A stretch of DNA of 64,000 nucleotides. It comes from Trichosphaerium sp. ATCC 40318 (taxonomy: Eukaryota > Protista > Tubulinea). The first letter of the stretch is position 1; every line of letters begins with the position of its first letter. Positions 61,818-64,000 of this stretch are shown here, piece after piece. The notes beneath the pieces were generated by a model. The model did no database searches and was not told the DNA's origin. It saw nothing but the letters and a program-made list of their open reading frames with translations. The translations under genes were made by a program, and so were the position numbers. The stretch lies in contig JALMLS010000538.1 of assembly GCA_038496445.1 (NCBI GenBank), positions 186,001 through 250,000 on the forward strand, in the 5' to 3' direction.

Positions 61818-63066
61818 ATGTCAAAGCTTCTTTTCGCGAGATTACTTGTGTTGGCGCTTCTAGCCACCCTATGTGCCTGTCAGACAAGACCAGTAGCCCA
61901 TATCTATCCAAGTATTAACATTATGGAAGTAAGCATAAGGGAAACAGATACAATGTTCGCAAACGGTACTTTTATGTTTAATTATTTAGATCCAAATCCA
62001 AACATAAAAATATTTTGGTCAAACCAAGCACAATCTCAAGTCACGTGATAAGTTTTAATTTTTTTTTTATTTTAGATGCCGCTTTTGGTGTAACATTTTC
62101 ATATGCTACCCCTTCATGCCCTATTTTACGTACGTACCGAGTCTACACGACATAACTACGCTATAAAATGAGTTTCGATTGTTTCATTTTGACTTCTTTA
62201 TTGAAAAAAAGAGAAAGTCCAGTTCAAATTCACCTATAAGTCTCTCTAATGTGTCTTTTATATAGTACCTGCTGTTGATGGATCTTTCATTCTATTGCTA
62301 GACATAGATGCACCTACACTTCGAGTAAGATCACAGGATGATACTCTGCTTTGTTCGACCGATTCACTAGCTGCCGATTTGCTTCTTACTTCAACTGGTG
62401 GATTCATAGATGACACAACTTTTATTACTTTCGATGGGCTGGACACTTTTTACATCAACGTTATTGATACGATGACATGTATGATTACTACTACTACGTC
62501 ATGTACAACATCGGGTGGTACAGTTGGAGATGGTAATGAATGAATTTGCTGAAATTTCTTTTTTTTTGTTTACAAACTTAACTCCTTGGCGTCTTATTAA
62601 CAACGTTTCGTTTTTAGTTGAGGTTGCTCCTGGTACATCATATATTGTATATGACGATAGTAGCATGATGGGCAGAATCGCTTCATTCCCTACATCGAGT
62701 CTTGTTGCGGCTCCTTGTGATATAGACCTTACTGGAGTCACGAACATTGGTAATGAGATTACTCCTGAAGCTTTCATAATTGATCGTATTGATGATGATT
62801 TCTTGTATGTTGAAAACGGCGGGTTTTTTTCTGTGGCTTTGATGGGAGGTATGTTCATAAAAAAAAAGTTGTGTTTTTGGTTTAACCGCATGTTAGGCGC
62901 TCGAGCCATGTTCACTCAGTCTCCCCTTGGTGGTCAAGCTGCCTTTTATCCTGGATTCAATCTAGTTGTGCCTACAACTCCACCTCCAGTTTCTACATGT
63001 GTCAGCAAGTACGACAATCACTTTTTTTTTTTCATTTGACCATTTTTAAAGGAAGAGATCAATTAG
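61818..63066 (+). CDS. Secreted multi-exon protein, paralog B of 56455-58134 (repeat collapsed; possibly C-terminally truncated)
   Basis: The 5' and 3' portions are near-identical to paralog A, with an I->R change in the signal peptide and an earlier stop in the last exon. Confidence 0.6.
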
Positions 63067-63380
63067 TTTCACACAAGATAGAATCAAATTGCTTCACCGT
63101 TAATTATTATAAGGTTGTATGATATTCATATCCTATACAAGCTCTTACTTAGGACTACCTTAAGTTCTCTTCGTGTTCTTCTTATTTATCACTGAATTTA
63201 AAGTTTCATAATTAAACCAAGCCTGTGCTTGCTTGGTTTTAAAAAAGCAGACATTGCTTTATGTTCATAAATAATATTCTGTCAGCGCTCTTTGCAACGA
63301 TCCTCAGTTCTCTGTAGGAATTCTTCTCTTGCACTGAGATGCAATAATAGTAGTGGCTACTACAACCGCCCAGAGCTTGT

Positions 63381-64000
63381 ATGAGAAGAGTCTTTAAGCC
63401 AGTTTTTTGTTCAGTTAAGCCTTCAAAACAGTTTACTGCTACAACGATGGCTAGCGTATTCGACTTTAAAGTAAAGAATATTGATGGCGAAATGGTCGAT
63501 TTGAGCGACTTCAAGGCACAGAAACGACAATTATTCAAAAAAAACAAGTCGGCGAAAATATTTTCCTTCTCATTAACTCTTCGACGCCGCCACACGCATC
63601 TAACACCTTATATTCTATTTTATAACTGTTTTCTAGAACAAAGTGACATTGATCGTCAACGTCGCATCCAAGTGAGGCGTAACAACCGGTATGCTTAATT
63701 TAACCAACTGTTAGCTGTTTTTACGGAGAAATTCGTTTAGCTAACTAAAACCATAGCAAACTACAAGGAGCTTGTAGTGTTGCGCGAAAAGTACCACAAA
63801 GAAGGATTTGAAGTGCTTGCATTCCCTTGCAATCAAGTAAGCCGCCATTTCTTCTTTTCTTGTCGAAAACGTCATTCTCATTCTCATTAACACCTCTTTT
63901 TTTTAATAGTTCGGTGGTCAAGAACCAGGCAGTAACGAGCAGATTAAAAAGTTTGTTGCAGGATTTGGTGTTAAATTCCCAATGTTTGATAAACTCGATG
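63381..64000 (+). CDS. GPX: Second selenocysteine glutathione peroxidase, truncated by the window end; UGA-Sec at 63673-63675
   Basis: MRRVFKPV...[24 protein letters not shown]|[18 protein letters not shown]|..[12 protein letters not shown]...FPCNQ|[15 protein letters not shown]; near-identical to the inverted copy at 49287-50406. Confidence 0.92.

Noticed and set aside
1-64000. tRNA, rRNA or snRNA genes
   Set aside because: None was recognised by eye; a covariance-model search would be needed to exclude them.

Overview
This is an AT-rich, gene-dense eukaryotic window with many short spliceosomal introns (mostly ~40-150 nt; donors GTACGT/GTATGT/GTAAGT, CTAAC-like branch points). It uses the standard code and is probably from a free-living protist; the gene content (Frizzled/Smoothened-like GPCR, Zn2Cys6 factor, selenoprotein GPx, histone stem-loops) suggests an amoebozoan, which is an inference. 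Housekeeping genes rebuilt by manual splicing are DNA polymerase beta, Sde2, prefoldin 5, a Nup43-like protein, an H2B/H2B/H2A cluster, an M1 aminopeptidase, an Aurora kinase and two Sec-containing glutathione peroxidases. The rest are secreted/membrane or fast-evolving genes, many duplicated within the window. The most striking item is the gene at 38196-41387. It appears to encode a cellular polyprotein: Reeler-like and Cys-rich domains, a membrane/GPI-like anchor, then a second internal signal peptide. Cleavage of that peptide would expose an N-terminal histidine on an LPMO-like (histidine-brace) domain. Other highlights are UGA-Sec codons with a textbook type II SECIS, histone 3' stem-loops next to a polyadenylated variant H2B, a Dispatched-like transporter carrying ADAMTS-like Cys motifs and a mucin stalk, GC-AG introns, two MITE-like inverted-repeat elements, and a strong excess of CACGTG. 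All exon structures were read by eye, so the ends of multi-exon genes are approximate.
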